The position numbers and the translations under genes were made by a program. From Macrostomum lignano (Eukaryota): a stretch of DNA of 64,000 nt. The notes under the pieces are model-generated. The model saw only the letters and a list, made by a program, of their open reading frames with translations, did not search any database and was not told the origin of the DNA. Positions within the stretch are counted from its first letter, which is position 1. Every line of letters begins with the position of its first letter. Location: positions 103,676-167,675 of the forward strand of contig NIVC01002501.1 of NCBI GenBank assembly GCA_002269645.1, given 5' to 3'. Shown here piece after piece: positions 1 to 13,559 of the stretch.

Positions 1-240
1 GGGAGGCTGGCAGCCGAGCAACTGAGGATCTGGGAGGCTGGCAGCCGAGCAACTGAGGATCTGGGAGGCTGGCAGCCGAGCAACTGAGGATCTGGGAGGC
101 TGGCAGCCCAGCAACTGAGGATCTGGGAGGCTGGCAGCCCAGCAACTGAGGATCTGGGAGGGTGGTAGCTCAGCAACTGAGGATCTGGGAGGTTGGCAGC
201 CCAGCAACTGAGGATTTGGGAGGGTGGCCCAGCAACTGAG
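1..240. repeat. 31-bp minisatellite (GGGAGGCTGGCAGCCGAGCAACTGAGGATCT), about 7.5 copies, truncated by the window start
   Basis: Unit starts at 1, 32, 63 and onward; copies degenerate towards 240. Confidence 0.95.
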
Positions 241-292
241 TATTGAGCCGATCACATTTACATCGATCCTAGAAACTATACATGTTAAGTGC

Positions 293-660
293 TCAAAGCG
301 GACTCAAAACGGACCCTGTGTCGCACACACCACCCGAACACAGCAGCCTCATCAGACGCAGCTTCACCGACCAAGACTGAGAGGACCAGCGGTCCGCAGC
401 CGTCAGCTGGAACACTCGAGCCCGGAGCAGCGCAGGCAGGAGCCGCAGCTGCTGAGCATCGGTCAGGCGCCCGGCATCCAGCAGGATCAGCGGGCAGCTC
501 AAGCTCAAGCCGCTGAGCAGTCCATGGAGCTGGCAGACTATGTGCGCACGCGGCAACCCGCAATGCGGCTCAGGGAGCCGACCCTGGTTCAGCCGAGGAA
601 CCCCGTGAACTCGCCAGAACTGCTTGCTCCGTGATGCTGATGGTCGAGACCTCAGTGACA
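293..660 (-). CDS. possible coding exon of an unidentified gene
   Basis: GC-rich island with GC3-rich, Leu-rich codons in the minus frame (LLDAGRLTDAQQLRLLPALLRARVFQL). No recognisable domain, and the strand and frame are uncertain. Confidence 0.25.
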
Positions 661-1698
661 AATTCGTGTGCAAAAACATTGTCGATCGTGCATGCAGATG
701 TACAAATGAGAAATATACAAGTATTTGTTGTGTCCAAATAAAGCAATGAGCGAAATTCTACAAGATTCGAGCACAGGATCAACTAAAGCAGAAGGCTAAG
801 TTTGATTTTCTTAGAAATAGTCCGGAGGTTGAGAAGGAACGTGTATTTGTCTTATTGCTAGTGCATGAAGCACTTTTCATTTTACTTAAGAGCTCCAGCA
901 GTCATGGTAAGATACCGCCGATCATATAGCTTTTTGCAAGGCATTTGATACGTCGAGCTATGCAACGCCGAGGCGTGGACGCTGACGGCTACGCTGGAGC
1001 GGCAGTTGGACTCGGCGCACTCAGGGCTGCTCCGTGCTGCCTTTCAAGCTGACGAGAGCGTCGGGACCGAGGCCCTGTACCGAAGCCGGAGGCGACTTCA
1101 ACTGACGGGCCACGTGATCCGGGCCGAAGGCTACTGCCCCCAAACCTTTTCAGGAATACAATCCACTTCGGTAACAGCAACTTCGGTAACAAAGCAGATT
1201 TACGACTACTGACGCTATATTTCCATGGTAATTAATTTTAGCAACTATTAGTTTAATAAAGAAAAATGAAACCATTTTACTGCCAGGTATGGTTTAATTT
1301 TATGGTTAAAATGAATTATAATTTGTTTAAATTTGTGCATTAACATTGTAAAAAATTAAATGCGGCAAAGAACATTACGCAACGGTTGAAAATTGAAATT
1401 TTGAAGTAATTATAAATGAAGAAAAAAGTAGATTCCGGTAAATGAAGTCGCTAACTCAGAGATTCTAATGTTCACAATATTTGATCAAAAGGATGTTTCA
1501 GCTTGTACGAGCGTATATATGCATCTGGCGCACCCGAAAATAAAAATTAAAATAACGTGTAGATTAAAATACGCAATAGTTTTCGCCATCAATCCCATAT
1601 CTCGAAGTTTGCGAGAACGCATCTCAATTATTTTTCGTCGTTCTCTCTTTAAAGTTCGTTTGCAAAATCTTTTTAGAGCATATCAATCTATGCATACT

Positions 1699-2070
1699 AG
1701 GGGGGAGGGGGCCGTAGCCCAGCGGTAGTGCAGCTGCTCTGGTGTGCCAGCGACCCAGGCTCGATTCCAAGTGCAGTCACATTAATTTGGGGCTGAATTG
1801 GAATCTCGGCTTGGCTCTGCTCGTGCAATTGACGGCCTTGAGAGCCAACCCCCCAAGGCGCAGTGAAGTGTACATGCCTAACGATAATATAAAGTTAGGG
1901 CCGCTGTACACTCCTGTGTGAGTGTGTGCCTGCGTACGTATCCGCGCGCTTGTATGCCTGCTCAGGGGAGTCGGCGGAATGGGCAGTAATGCCTCTCGCC
2001 GGTTGTGTGCCTATGTCGCTTAAAGTGCGCCAGGGTGCACACAACCCCATCTGCCTCAAATAAAAAAATA
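1699..2070 (+). mobile_element. tRNA-derived SINE, family A, copy 1 (full length, with TSD)
   Basis: Head GGGGCCGTAGCCCAGCGGT (A box) and GGCTCGATTCC (B box), A-rich tail, and a 13-bp direct repeat ATCTATGCATACT at 1686-1698 and 2070-2082. Two more copies occur in the window. Confidence 0.88.
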
Positions 2071-2120
2071 TCTATGCATACTGTATTTATTTCCACTAAC
2101 TAATTTGTTACCGAAGTGGC

Positions 2121-2992
2121 TGTTACCCCTTTTCAGGACGTTCTGCTGCCCTCTGAAAGATGACAAACTGTGTTGAAGCAAACCTGGACGACGCTTTTCG
2201 TGTAGCCCATCATGCATCCATGTCTCTTTAGATACGGACTATGAAGTTGGTCACCAGGGGATGGCAAAGGTGCTCGCCTATGGGCTTATGGTGTGCTGGG
2301 TGTGAACACGCCCCGCAGCTAAATTAACGCCATCGTATGGCTGCTAGGGCACAACTTTGCCCTGCGTGGCGTTGCAGTTCTCTTTGAATTGGACAGGCAG
2401 ATTCAATTGAAGGGATTGAAGGGACTGATCCGTGACCCAGAGGTTGTTCGTGCGTTTCATTTCAAAGCGTCTAATTTACGAGCTATAGCGAAACCGACTT
2501 GTTCTTGGCGGCTGTCTGGTCTGAATTCAATGCTCTCCCCATGCACTCGAGCCAGAGTGAGTGGTGGGAAGTTCAGGAAATGCGTCGCTCATTCTCCCCT
2601 CCCGCCTGTGAAGTCCACGTACCGGGGGTTGCTGACCTCGATTGGCGGCTGCTGGCGAATGGCGACCCTCGGAGGATTAAGAAACCCTCGGATCATCTCG
2701 CTAAGTGGTTGAGACGCTGCTGGGGGAAAGATAGCTTCACCCACCTCGAGTTCCAGGGGAACAAAGTCGACTGATGCAGCAATCCACTCGGATCATTTTC
2801 GCGCTCTCGCTCTCACTTAATCGCCAATCTCTCGTTCACCAGCCAGCACCTTGTCACTCGCCGCATTCGCCGACTTCGCCGATCTTCGCGCGCCCACCTC
2901 CCGATCTCCAACCGGCAGGTCTCCTCTTTTGGCTTTGTGATAATCTACCATCCATTCAATCAGATAATCCTGAAACCCTATTAAGGATAACA
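2121..2992. mobile_element. possible solo LTR or retroelement remnant
   Basis: 872-bp GC-richer block bounded by TGTTACCCCT ... AAGGATAACA (TG..CA with an imperfect short inverted repeat). No matching TSD and no second copy. Confidence 0.3.
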
Positions 2993-5900
2993 TGAATAAG
3001 AGAATTGTTGAAGCCCGCCAGGTGAGACACCTTGTGCAACAAAACTAGACTAATTTCGTTTGTTTGTCAGGGTCCTTTCTATTCTCTCCTCTCTTCTCTC
3101 CTCTCTCCTCTCTCATCTCTCTTGAATGCTGAATGCCCCCCCAAATAAATTCAGTTTATAGCTCATGTAATATCTTATGATTTTAAATATTTCAAGCCTA
3201 TAAAAAGTATTTATATATATAACATTGACTGCACAAACGTTTATTATACTTTTTCATGTGTGTTGAAAAATTAAAAAGAAGCTCTTTCACCCTAGAGCTG
3301 ATGAAAGTTCTTTTTATAAATTTCTAAGTTCTTGCAAAAGTTCCTATTTCAGTAAAAACTAAAATTTATCACATAAAGCGAACAAATTATAGTTAGCTCT
3401 TTAACAAACTTTGTTAAATGTCTTTTCAACTTTTAAATTATTAATACTTAATAATTCCACTGCTAGATAAACCAAGTATAGTTCGACTCGCACAACTTCC
3501 ATTGGTTTTTTAACAGTGATTTAATTGCAGTTTATATTAAAATCATTAGATCTGCATGTATAAACACTGATGTAAAATGCCACTTAACAATGTGTATTAT
3601 TGACCTTTAAACCCTCACATATCTCGGACCACTCGGATGTCATTTGGTGTACTGAAAAAGACGGTCGGTACCCTTCAAATGTAGCTGGCTACTGGCCGTT
3701 AACAAACTTAGCGCTATCGACGCAATGTGACTGCGTGTCCATCTAGAGAGCTTTCGTGCAATTTGCTCAAAATGGACCGAATATTATAACAAGAGAAAGC
3801 AGTTCTATTATTCTGCTTTAAGGTGAGAAATGCTTGTATTGTTTTATGTTTTTGCATGGATTGCTCCGCTTGCAAATCTAACAAAAAACACAGTCTAACA
3901 AATTGGCATTAAATATTGCAGGACAAAAGCATGCGCGCCTTTAAGCGATAAACAGCTAGGTAGCTATCGGCGCTCATGGCTTTTAAAAGGCAGCTGCTGG
4001 CCGAAGCTGAAGCCGAAGATGATCAAGTCAAAGGCCTCAGCGACAAGGAGATGCTCGCTGTCGGGATGGATTTTTGTTTCGGCGAGGTAAACGCTAACCG
4101 GCAAGGACGTAGTCTGCAACTTTACATTGCAGGAGGTGCGGCAATGGGCCGAGCATCCTGAGAATGAACTAATGGGTGAGCCTCCTACGAATTCATTTAC
4201 TATGCACAAAGTAATGTCTAGAGTAAAAATTGCTTTAAACTATTCCTTTTTGCAATTCATCCAAGCTACAAAAAATTTCATTCTCTAGACTAAAATAGAT
4301 AGGTAACCTAAAACCGTCGACACTTTCTCGTTGTTTTTTATCAACTATAGTTGTCAATGAATGAATTAGACAGTGGATGAAGGAATGCTATGGACAGCTC
4401 ACCTGAAACAATCTATGGTCAATTTGGCTCCTCGAAACTTTGAATTTACCCCGTAATAATCTATTGGCTGATGAAAGTTAAAAATAATCCCCTATAGGAT
4501 TTGATTTGCTGTTGAATCAGTCTTAGATGCATCTTTGGATTCCCAGCAGCTAGTCATGCTTGCAAGTTGCATTGTTGCGAGTAATAACTAAAAGTACAAA
4601 TTTATTTAAATTTTTATGATCTAAAACTGAAATCGGAATGATGTCCATAATGTGCTTTGAATGTCACATGAGTGACCGTATATTTGACGGCCAAATTGGA
4701 ATTGAAACACTGTTTATTTACGAACTACTGTCACATATCTGTCACATTGACGGTCACATGAGTGACTGTACATTTGACTGTCACACAAGAGGGTCATACG
4801 CAATTCCATTGTTTGCGAGGGTTACAAAACAGTCAGAGTCAAAATGTGCCATCCCACTTTTTACGGGCCACTTTCGAATGAACTTGTACTGTAATGCACT
4901 ACAAACTCAGCAGTAGAGTGTGCAAGCGTAATAGAGCAATATATAATGTGTTTTTATATAGGTCAGAGAATGTTTAGCATTATAAAAAAATTCTACTTGG
5001 TTTGGGACAAATTTGTTAAGCAAAAAATGAATAATTTCTTTTTTACGATTTCTCTAAAGCTGTGCAATATTTCCTAATTTAATTCAGGTGGCCAAGCACA
5101 AGACAATGCAATACTTTGCTGCGGCGAATGTAAACGTACATGAGTGCTGCAGCCTGCTTCAAATGTCTGCCTCAAAGATGCGATTGTCAAAGCTCAACTG
5201 CCGAGGACGCTGCGAGTCCATTCATCAAGTTATAGTATGGCAGCTTCGAAGGGATGTTCCGTGAACATAGAGCTCCGTTCAGCGAGTTGTTACACAATGT
5301 CACATGTACAAGCTTTCGTGTTAACATTCATTAATTTATCATTTATTCAGGCTCTCTTGGCTGGCGCTGATAAACAGTTGGTGGCTGACCTCCGTATCAC
5401 ACTCCAAAAGTGGCACCTGATGCATACCAAGTGAATACGGACCGCTACCGAAGGGCGGACAGCGACGTGCTTATGAGGGCAATTGAAGCGTGGACTTGGC
5501 TAGGTAATGAGTTAAAAATAAAATAAGCAATTTTTTTCACTAGCCTTAACGAAATTTAATTAATATTATTAGATTGATCATATCAAGTAAATAAAAAGCC
5601 GTCAAACCTTCTGCCCAGTTGAGAGATTGCCAACAATCTGCAAGCAGCAGTGCCAAGTGTCACAGGCGAGAAAGTGCCGGACAGAAGCATGAACGTCTTG
5701 AAAAACATTTGTGAAGCTGTATATAGATTTAAAGAGCAGTATTAACATTTCCAATTATCTTTCCATCCTACTGTTTGCTTGTATGCTCAATTTTGCATCG
5801 TATGTTGTGTTTGCGTTCCATTTCCAACTGGATGCGTTAATTTTGTCTCAACTTTTGTTGTATTTTATCCATCTTTTCATGCTAATTGTAAAAAAATTGC

Positions 5901-6184
5901 TTTGAATGTTTTCCATGTAACTTTATGCTGTGCTACTGTTTGTTCTTTTATTATACTTTATATTTGTTTTATTTTACTATTCGTTAGTAGTAGTTAAGTA
6001 GTATACAGGTTCTTCAATGCTTCTAAAATTTAAATTTGTAAAATGCTGTGAATAATGGTGTATAAATTGTGGTGTACCAAAACAAAAATATAGTCGTAAA
6101 ATCCTTTAACAAAAATTTAATTAATTTTCAATTTGCTTTTTAGTTTCCATTTTTTACTTTATACTGGTACACCTACACCATTTC

Positions 6185-8310
6185 GGGTCATCTGTCCAGT
6201 TCGTGTTATTCCTTATCTGCATAGTGTCATTTGTCCAAGCAGAGGGTCATCTGTCCTGTTCGTGTTATTCCTTATCTGCATAGTGTCATTTGTCCAAGCA
6301 GAGGGTCATCTGTCCTGTTCGTGTTATTCCTTATCTGCATAGTGTCATGTCCAAGCAGAGGGTCATTTGTCCTGTTCGTGTTATTCCTTATCTGCATAGT
6401 GTCATGTCCAAGCAGAGGGTCATCTGTCCAGTTCGTGTTATTCCTTATCTGCATAATGTCATTTGTCCAAGCAGAGGGTCATCTGTCCAGTTCGTGTTAT
6501 TCCTTATCTGCATAATGTCATTTGTCCAAGCAGAGGGTCATCTGTCCAGTTCGTGTTATTCCTTATCTGCATAGTGTCATTTGTCCAAGCAGAGGGTCAT
6601 CTGTCCTGTTCGTGTTATTCCTTATCTGCATAGTGTCATGTCCAAGCAGAGGGTCATTTGTCCAGTTCGTGTTATTCCTTATCTGCATAGTGTCATTTGT
6701 CCAAGCAGAGGGTCATTTGTCCAGTTCGTGTTATTCCTTATCTGCATAGTGTCATTTGTCCAAGCAGAGGGTCATCTGTCCAGTTCGTGTTATTCCTTAT
6801 CTGCATAGTGTCATTTGTCCAAGCAGAGGGTCATCTGTCCTGTTCGTGTTATTCCTTATCTGCATAGTGTCATTTGTCCAAGCAGAGGGTCATTTGTCCT
6901 GTTCGTGTTATTCCTTATCTGCATAGTGTCATGTCCAAGCAGAGGGTCATTTGTCCTGTTCGTGTTATTCCTTATCTGCATAGTGTCATGTCCAAGCAGA
7001 GGGTCATCTGTCCAGTTCGTGTTATTCCTTATCTGCATAATGTCATTTGTCCAAGCAGAGGGTCATCTGTCCAGTTCGTGTTATTCCTTATCTGCATAAT
7101 GTCATTTGTCCAAGCAGAGGGTCATCTGTCCAGTTCGTGTTATTCCTTATCTGCATAGTGTCATTTGTCCAAGCAGAGGGTCATCTGTCCTGTTCGTGTT
7201 ATTCCTTATCTGCATAGTGTCATGTCCAAGCAGAGGGTCATTTGTCCAGTTCGTGTTATTCCTTATCTGCATAGTGTCATTTGTCCAAGCAGAGGGTCAT
7301 TTGTCCAGTTCGTGTTATTCCTTATCTGCATAGTGTCATTTGTCCAAGCAGAGGGTCATCTGTCCTGTTCGTGTTATTCCTTATCTGCATAGTGTCATGT
7401 CCAAGCAGAGGGTCATCTGTCCAGTTCGTGTTATTCCTTATCTGCATAGTGTCATTTGTCCAAGCAGAGGGTCATTTGTCCAGTTCGTGTTATTCCTTAT
7501 CTGCATAGTGTCATGTCCAAGCAGAGGGTCATTTGTCCAGTTCGTGTTATTCCTTAACTGCAGAGTGTCATTTGTCCAAGCAGAGGGTCATTTGTCCTGT
7601 TCGTGTTATTCCTTAACTGCAGAGTGTCATTTGTCCAAGCAGAGGGTCATTTGTCCTGTTCGTGTTATTCCTTATCTGCATAGTGTCATTTGTCCAAGCA
7701 GAGGGTCATTTGTCCTGTTCGTGTTATTCCTTATCTGCATAGTGTCATTTGTCCAAGCAGAGGGTCATTTGTCCTGTTCGTGTTATTCCTTATCTGCATA
7801 GTGTCATTTGTCCAAGCAGAGGGTCATTTGTCCTGTTCGTGTTATTCCTTATCTGCATAGTGTCATTTGTCCAAGCAGAGGGTCATTTGTCCTGTTCGTG
7901 TTATTCCTTAACTGCAGAGTGTCATTTGTCCAAGCAGAGGGTCATTTGTCCTGTTCGTGTTATTCCTTATCTGCATAGTGTCATTTGTCCAAGCAGAGGG
8001 TCATTTGTCCTGTTCGTGTTATTCCTTATCTGCATAGTGTCATTTGTCCAAGCAGAGGGTCATTTGTCCTGTTCGTGTTATTCCTTATCTGCAGTGTCAT
8101 TTGTCCAAGCAGAGGGTCATTTGTCCTGTTCGTGTTATTCCTTATCTGCATAGTGTCATTTGTCCAAGCAGAGGGTCATTTGTCCAGTTCGTGTTATTCC
8201 TTATCTGCATAGTGTCATTTGTCCAAGCAGAGGATCATCTGTCCAGTTCGTGTTATTCCTTATCTGCATAATGTCATCTGTCCAAGCAGAGGATCATCTG
8301 TCTGTTCCTG
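6185..8310. repeat. 59/57-bp tandem satellite, about 36 monomers, with a 584-bp higher-order duplication
   Basis: Monomer GGGTCATCTGTCCAGTTCGTGTTATTCCTTATCTGCATAGTGTCATTTGTCCAAGCAGA. The 57-bp variants lack TT, and the variant pattern recurs at a 584-bp offset. Confidence 0.97.
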
Positions 8311-9070
8311 TCATTGCCTGATCCATAGGCAGCCCACCCCGCATTAAATCACCCAAACCGGGGTCACATGACCTACTAGGCTCGGCCCACCATAAGAGCA
8401 AGGCCCACAGGTTTAACACCCAACCAAGCCACAAAACTTTGCATTTGAAATTGACCAGCCTTTGTTTTTAAAGCAGACCAGACCATGAACAGCTGTCTAC
8501 CCATCAATTATGATAACTGCAAATCAAATTCGAGCTACTCGCTTAGGAATTAAAAACTGCAGATTTTTATATTTTGACAATCAATAATTTTCATCAGCGT
8601 TTAGGATTTAAAAGTACATTCAGGAATTGTAGCATATGTAATCTTGAACTGGATAAAAATATATTTAGCTTACTACGATATAAGCGTACGGTAAAAATAC
8701 AGTAATAATTATAATTTAATATTGCCAAGGAATAACAGAAAGTACACTATAGATCTGTATGCTGGGAAATCAAGACATGAAAAGTCAAAGCTGGAAACAA
8801 TATTAACTGTATTTACAGCGATTAAACTTGGTGGATAGAAAATCGTTAAAATGTTCTTCATTAGCTACTAACAGTATGCTTTGCTGTCGCACAGTATTAA
8901 GAAGCAAAAACTAACAATTTCAGAGCAAAAATGGAAGCAGGCGGTTCTAGACAGATAAAAGTGACAGTTCCGGGGTCTGCGGAATGGCAGAATTTATTGA
9001 GTCTTTTAATTAACTATGAGATCTGTGACTGATCCAGTTGATAGGCTGGCGCTACCGATGCCTAGTGCTT

Positions 9071-9500
9071 CAGTGATCACTACTCTCCCCTCCCCCAGCC
9101 TCATCAGTGACCCCTACTCTCCCCCAGACCCATCAGTGACCCCCACTCTCCCCCAGACCCATCAGTGACCCCCACTCTCCCCCAGACCCATCAGTGACCC
9201 CCACTCTCCCCCAGACCCATCAGTGACCCCCACTCTCCCCCAGACCCATCAGTGACCCCCACTCTCCCCCAGACCCATCAGTGACCCCACTCTCCCCCAG
9301 ACCCATCAGTGACCCCACTCTCCCCCAGACCCATCAGTGACCCCCACTCTCCCCAAGACCCATCAGTGACCCCCACTCTCCCCCAGACCCATCAGTGACC
9401 CCCACTCTCCCCCAGACCCATCAGTGACCCCCACTCTCCCCCAGACCCATCAGTGACCCCCACTCTCCCCAAGACCCATCAGTGACCCAACTCTGACCCA
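9071..9500. repeat. 28-29-bp minisatellite (CAGACCCATCAGTGACCCCCACTCTCCCC) downstream of ATG3
   Basis: About 14 directly repeated units are visible. Confidence 0.93.
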
Positions 9501-9758
9501 GGTACCTCCATGGACCCGAACCCCCGCTCGTCCTGGATGAGACTGCAGGCCCTGGATGAGGAACTGTCAGCAACAAGAAAGCAGTCAGTATGAGAATATA
9601 TGGTGCGATTTCATAACGGAAAGTAATGGTGTGGATTATGACAGAAAACAATAAATACAAGATTAATTAATCCCACCAAATGGAGTCAATGAGTCAATGA
9701 CAGGAAGTGAAAAAATCACCAAGCAGAGAGACTGACCAACAAACTTATAAGCCAGGAC

Positions 9759-10489
9759 TCACAGCTCAAAATTGCGGGTATAGTCGTACTCAATAGTGGG
9801 AATCACGGCCTGCATGAACTTGAGGAAGATCAGCAGGTACTGGTGCACGCCCAGCTCCCGCCCGCCCTCCGACACCGTCACCATCAGCCGCTTCATCACC
9901 TCGGCGTGACGGCACGGGTGCACGCTGGCCATGGGGGCCCGGTCAGGTGCGGTTGCGTCTCCATGGTGACGGTCTTCTTGGCGTGGTCCTGGCTGAAGTC
10001 TGCGTACATCTGGTCCACGCTCAGCGGCGCTCCCTGCTCGCTGTAGCCAACCAGCCACATGCGCGGCGTCTGGTAGTACTTGTCGTACGTGATGTGCAGG
10101 TCGTAGGTTCGAGTCTGCACGATGCTTTGATCTCCGCAGGCGCCGCTGTCGCTACCGGCGCCAGCTGCCCCGCTGCCGGCCTCGGCGCCGCCGGCTGTCA
10201 TGACAACCGCGTCGTCCTCCAGCATGCCGGAGTTGGCGAAGGCCTCCATGTCCACCGCCTCCTCGTTGTCGTCATCGTCATCGTCGCCGCCTGCGTCTTC
10301 CGCTCGGCCGGCAGCACCAGCGGGCGCCGCCGCCGCCGCCGCCTCGTCCATCGACATGTCCTGCACCCGGTCGGCCAGGCCACCAACGCCCGAGGCGCCA
10401 CCGCCGCTGCTACCGCCAGCGGCGCCGCCCTCCTGGGCGAAATGATGCGTGTCCACCCAGCCTCCGTCCGGGTCCGCCTCATCAACCAC
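9759..10489 (-). CDS. ATG3: ATG3 (autophagy E2-like enzyme) exon 2; apparent 1-bp deletion at 9933-9937
   Basis: [28 protein letters not shown], then after a frame change [14 protein letters not shown] (catalytic HPC) and [17 protein letters not shown]. Acceptor TTACAG|GTG at 10490/10489; stop at 9759-9761. Confidence 0.96.
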
Positions 10490-10529
10490 CTGTAAGCGAG
10501 CGGGTGAGCTCTGCTCAGTATTTCACATT

Positions 10530-10684
10530 TATATCTATCTATCCATCTATCTATATCTATCTATCTATCTATCGATCTATCTATGTCTATCTATTTATCT
10601 ATCCATATAACTAGCTACCTGAACCTAGCAATAAGCTACCTGAACCTACCATTAAGCTACCTGAACCTAGCATATCTATATGTC
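10530..10684. repeat. (ATCT)n / (ACCT)n-type microsatellite, continuing at 12001-12105 beyond the mariner
   Basis: Simple repeat tract split by the mariner insertion at a TA. Confidence 0.85.
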
Positions 10685-10686
10685 TA

Positions 10687-11999
10687 CGAGGGCTGAGCAA
10701 TAAGTTTCCGGATGTGCATAGTTGAGAGGCGGCTGACAAAATCTGACACCATAGGTGTCAAGTACATTATATAAGTACAATGCTTGTAAAGTTTCAGACA
10801 CACTGGTCATATATAGCCAGTGCAGCACCCAAACCAAGCTAGCATACCCACCCTATCTATCAAATTCACAATGGAGCTCAATAGGAGTCATTTTAGAGCA
10901 ATGATCTATTACGATTTTAAAAGTGGTTTGCGGCAGCAAGAAAGTCTTGAGCGATTGCGAGGAGCTTTTGGGGATGAAGAACCTTCTGGATCCACCGTTT
11001 TTGACTGGTTTGCCGAATTTCGACGCGGCAGGCAGAGTCTGGATGATGAGGAGCGCAGCGGCCGGTCTGTCTCCGCAACGACCGAGGATAATGCTGCTGC
11101 TGTCCGGGCCATGGTTGAGGATGATGCCCGAGTGACTGTGGCCCAGATAGAGGCAGAGGTGGGCATCTCATCAGGATCCATCAGGACGATCCTGCATTCA
11201 CAGCTCAACCTGAGCAAGATTTCTGCACGCTGGGTGCCTCATCAGCTGGCTCCGGAGCAGGAGGCTCGGGTGACCTGGTTCCGCACCATGCTCGACAGAT
11301 TCAACGGAGGTAGCTCAAACTCGGTCTGGGATATTGTCAGTGGTGACGAGTCCTGGATCTATACGCTCGTAGTTTCAACCCGGAGACTAAGCAACAGTCG
11401 GCCAAGCGGACTCCAGTTGGCGGCACCCCACCATCCAAGCTTCGGCGAGAGCGCAGCGTGGCGAAGCAGATGGTGGTTGTTTTTGTGGCGAAAACTGGTC
11501 ATCTGGCCACTGTTCCACTCATGCAGCAGCGCACAGTCACCGGTAACTGGTACGCCAACGTTTGCCTGCCAGAAGTGCTGAGCGCTCTCTCCAGGCGTCG
11601 CCCAAGGACTCGAGCTCGGGGCATCCTTCTTCATCACAACAACGCCCCGGCCCACAAGGCTCGACAGGTGGCGGAGTTCCTGGCCGGAGAGCGCATTCAA
11701 GAGCTCGGTCATCCACCCTACAGCCCCGGCCTGGCCCCCTGCGACTTTTTTGTGCTTCCACAAATCAAGTGCAGGATGCGTGAAATCCGCTATGGATCAC
11801 CAAAAGCTGCAGTGGAGGCCTTCACACGGCATGTGGAGGAGGTGCCTGCTTCAGATTGGTCAAGCTGCTTCAGCAAGTGATTTAAGCGCATGAAAATTTG
11901 TATCGAATCTGCTGAAGAGTACTTTGAAAAGATGTAACTGTTTTTTCTCTCTAACTATTTCTGTCTGGGCACATCCGGAAACTTATTGCTCAGCCCTCG
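10687..11999 (+). mobile_element. Tc1/mariner (DD34D) element, 1313 bp, full length but inactive, in the ATG3 intron (antisense to ATG3)
   Basis: Perfect 31-bp TIRs (CGAGGGCTGAGCAATAAGTTTCCGGATGTGC) with TA TSDs at 10685-6 and 12000-1. Transposase motifs WVPHQL, GDESW and YSPGLAPCD are present. Confidence 0.97.
10871..11937 (+). pseudogene. mariner transposase pseudogene
   Basis: 8-bp insertion at 11362-11371 shifts the frame, the second catalytic Asp reads Asn (HHNNA), the motif reads YSPG instead of YSPD, and there is an in-frame TGA at 11878-11880. Confidence 0.92.
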
Positions 12000-12138
12000 T
12001 ATCTACCTATCTACTTTCTATCTAACTATCTAGCTACCTACCTACCCACCTACCTATCTACCTATCTAACTACCTATCTATCTACCTACCTAACCTATCT
12101 ATCTGATCTGATAACCCAATTCGCCCACCAACGCCAAC

Positions 12139-12429
12139 CTTCTCCAAGCTGCGGTCGTGGCAGTCCATCTGGGCCACCCGCCGGTAGCAGGGCACATTCC
12201 GGGTGATAAGGAACTGCTTGTCCGGCGGCAGGTGTGGCTTGGTGCGGGAGGCGTCCCCGGCCGACCACTGCCAGGTGGGACAGTGGTGCACCAGGAAGTC
12301 GCCGGCGGCAACGAACTCCTCGGGGGTGAGCACGCCAGTCTCTTTGAATTTGGACTCGCGCAGCACGGGAGTCATGTACTCGGCCACCTCCAAGCCTTTG
12401 CTCTTGACGGCATTGATTAGCGACTGCAT
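12139..12429 (-). CDS. ATG3: ATG3 exon 1
   Basis: [55 protein letters not shown]...[14 protein letters not shown]. Phase-0 donor AAG|GTTGGC joins in frame to exon 2. Confidence 0.96.
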
Positions 12430-13559
12430 ACTGGCATGAGATTGGATAGCAACGGGTGCTTCAGTTATTGAAAATCAACAACGGCCCTTTCAAGGGCGCA
12501 CAAAATATTCTTTGTTGCTTGAGTCTTTAACCTAAAAGACTTGAAAGTTCCCCTTGCAATGAAAGTGAAATAAGTTTTTTTACTTTAACCTACACTATAC
12601 AAACCATAATGTCAATGTGCATCTGGTGTCAAACATCATTGTATCATAAGTTACCAACCCCAAGGTAGTCTAAAAGCTTATCTCACAAAAATAAAATAGA
12701 TTTAATGATATGTTAGAGAACTTAGAACTAGATAGGCCACCTATGAGAAATATATATTCCTATAGCTATATCCATATCCATATGTTCTATCTAAAATGTA
12801 GCGGAATAGGCGACGCTTGCCTCCCCGCTGCATCTTTGGACCGCCCTGCAGCTATCTAAAATGTCTAAATCTATAAATTACCTTAAGCATATCTATAGCT
12901 ATAGTGGAATTCTAATTTAAATTACTTTCTTTAATGGTTAAAGCCTATTGCCTAGTAATGTTTATGAGTACAACATATTTGGTGAGATTTTTTTCTAGAT
13001 GACGCATAACTACAATGTCTGAGTAGTCCAAATTAGTTTAATAAACTCTGTCTAACAAACTGTTCATTTATTAAAATTTGTTAAAATTAAAAAAAAATAA
13101 AATATACAAAATGAATAAAGGATTGCATAGCATTGCTATTAGATAGATATGCCAAATAGGAAGTCTATTTAATTTATTCACTAACTTCTTTAGTCACATG
13201 ATAAAGTACAGGTGGATTATATGGTATCCAGTTGTCTAAGCTAACAATAACCCATATTGTGGAAGGTGTAGTATACACCAGAAAATTCTGGCATACAAAT
13301 GCTTTGCCTGGTGTAAATCTAGTGTAAATGGAAGAAATACAATTACCATGCACAATCATTTGCTTACAATTCTTAGCTATACTTGTTCAAGCTTTTTGGC
13401 ATAGCATACAAAAGCATTGAAGTATATAAAATCATTGCGTAAATTACACCAAACAATTCTTTAGTGCAAGAAAATTAATTTGCAAAATTATGACAATAAG
13501 TTGAATTTTCAAACAATATTCTAAATTTTCTATAAGGAACTATGCCTTAATTAGTAATA

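Noticed and set aside
1-240. shared GAGGATCTGGGAGG / GGGAGGGTGGCCCAGC words with the IQANK1 intron repeat (59800-61085)
   Set aside because: These are short low-complexity G-rich matches with different unit structure, not enough to claim a common origin.
6185-8310. CRISPR-like appearance of the 59-bp and 33-bp (44531-44981) arrays
   Set aside because: Units are contiguous with no unique spacers, there are no cas genes, and the context is eukaryotic.
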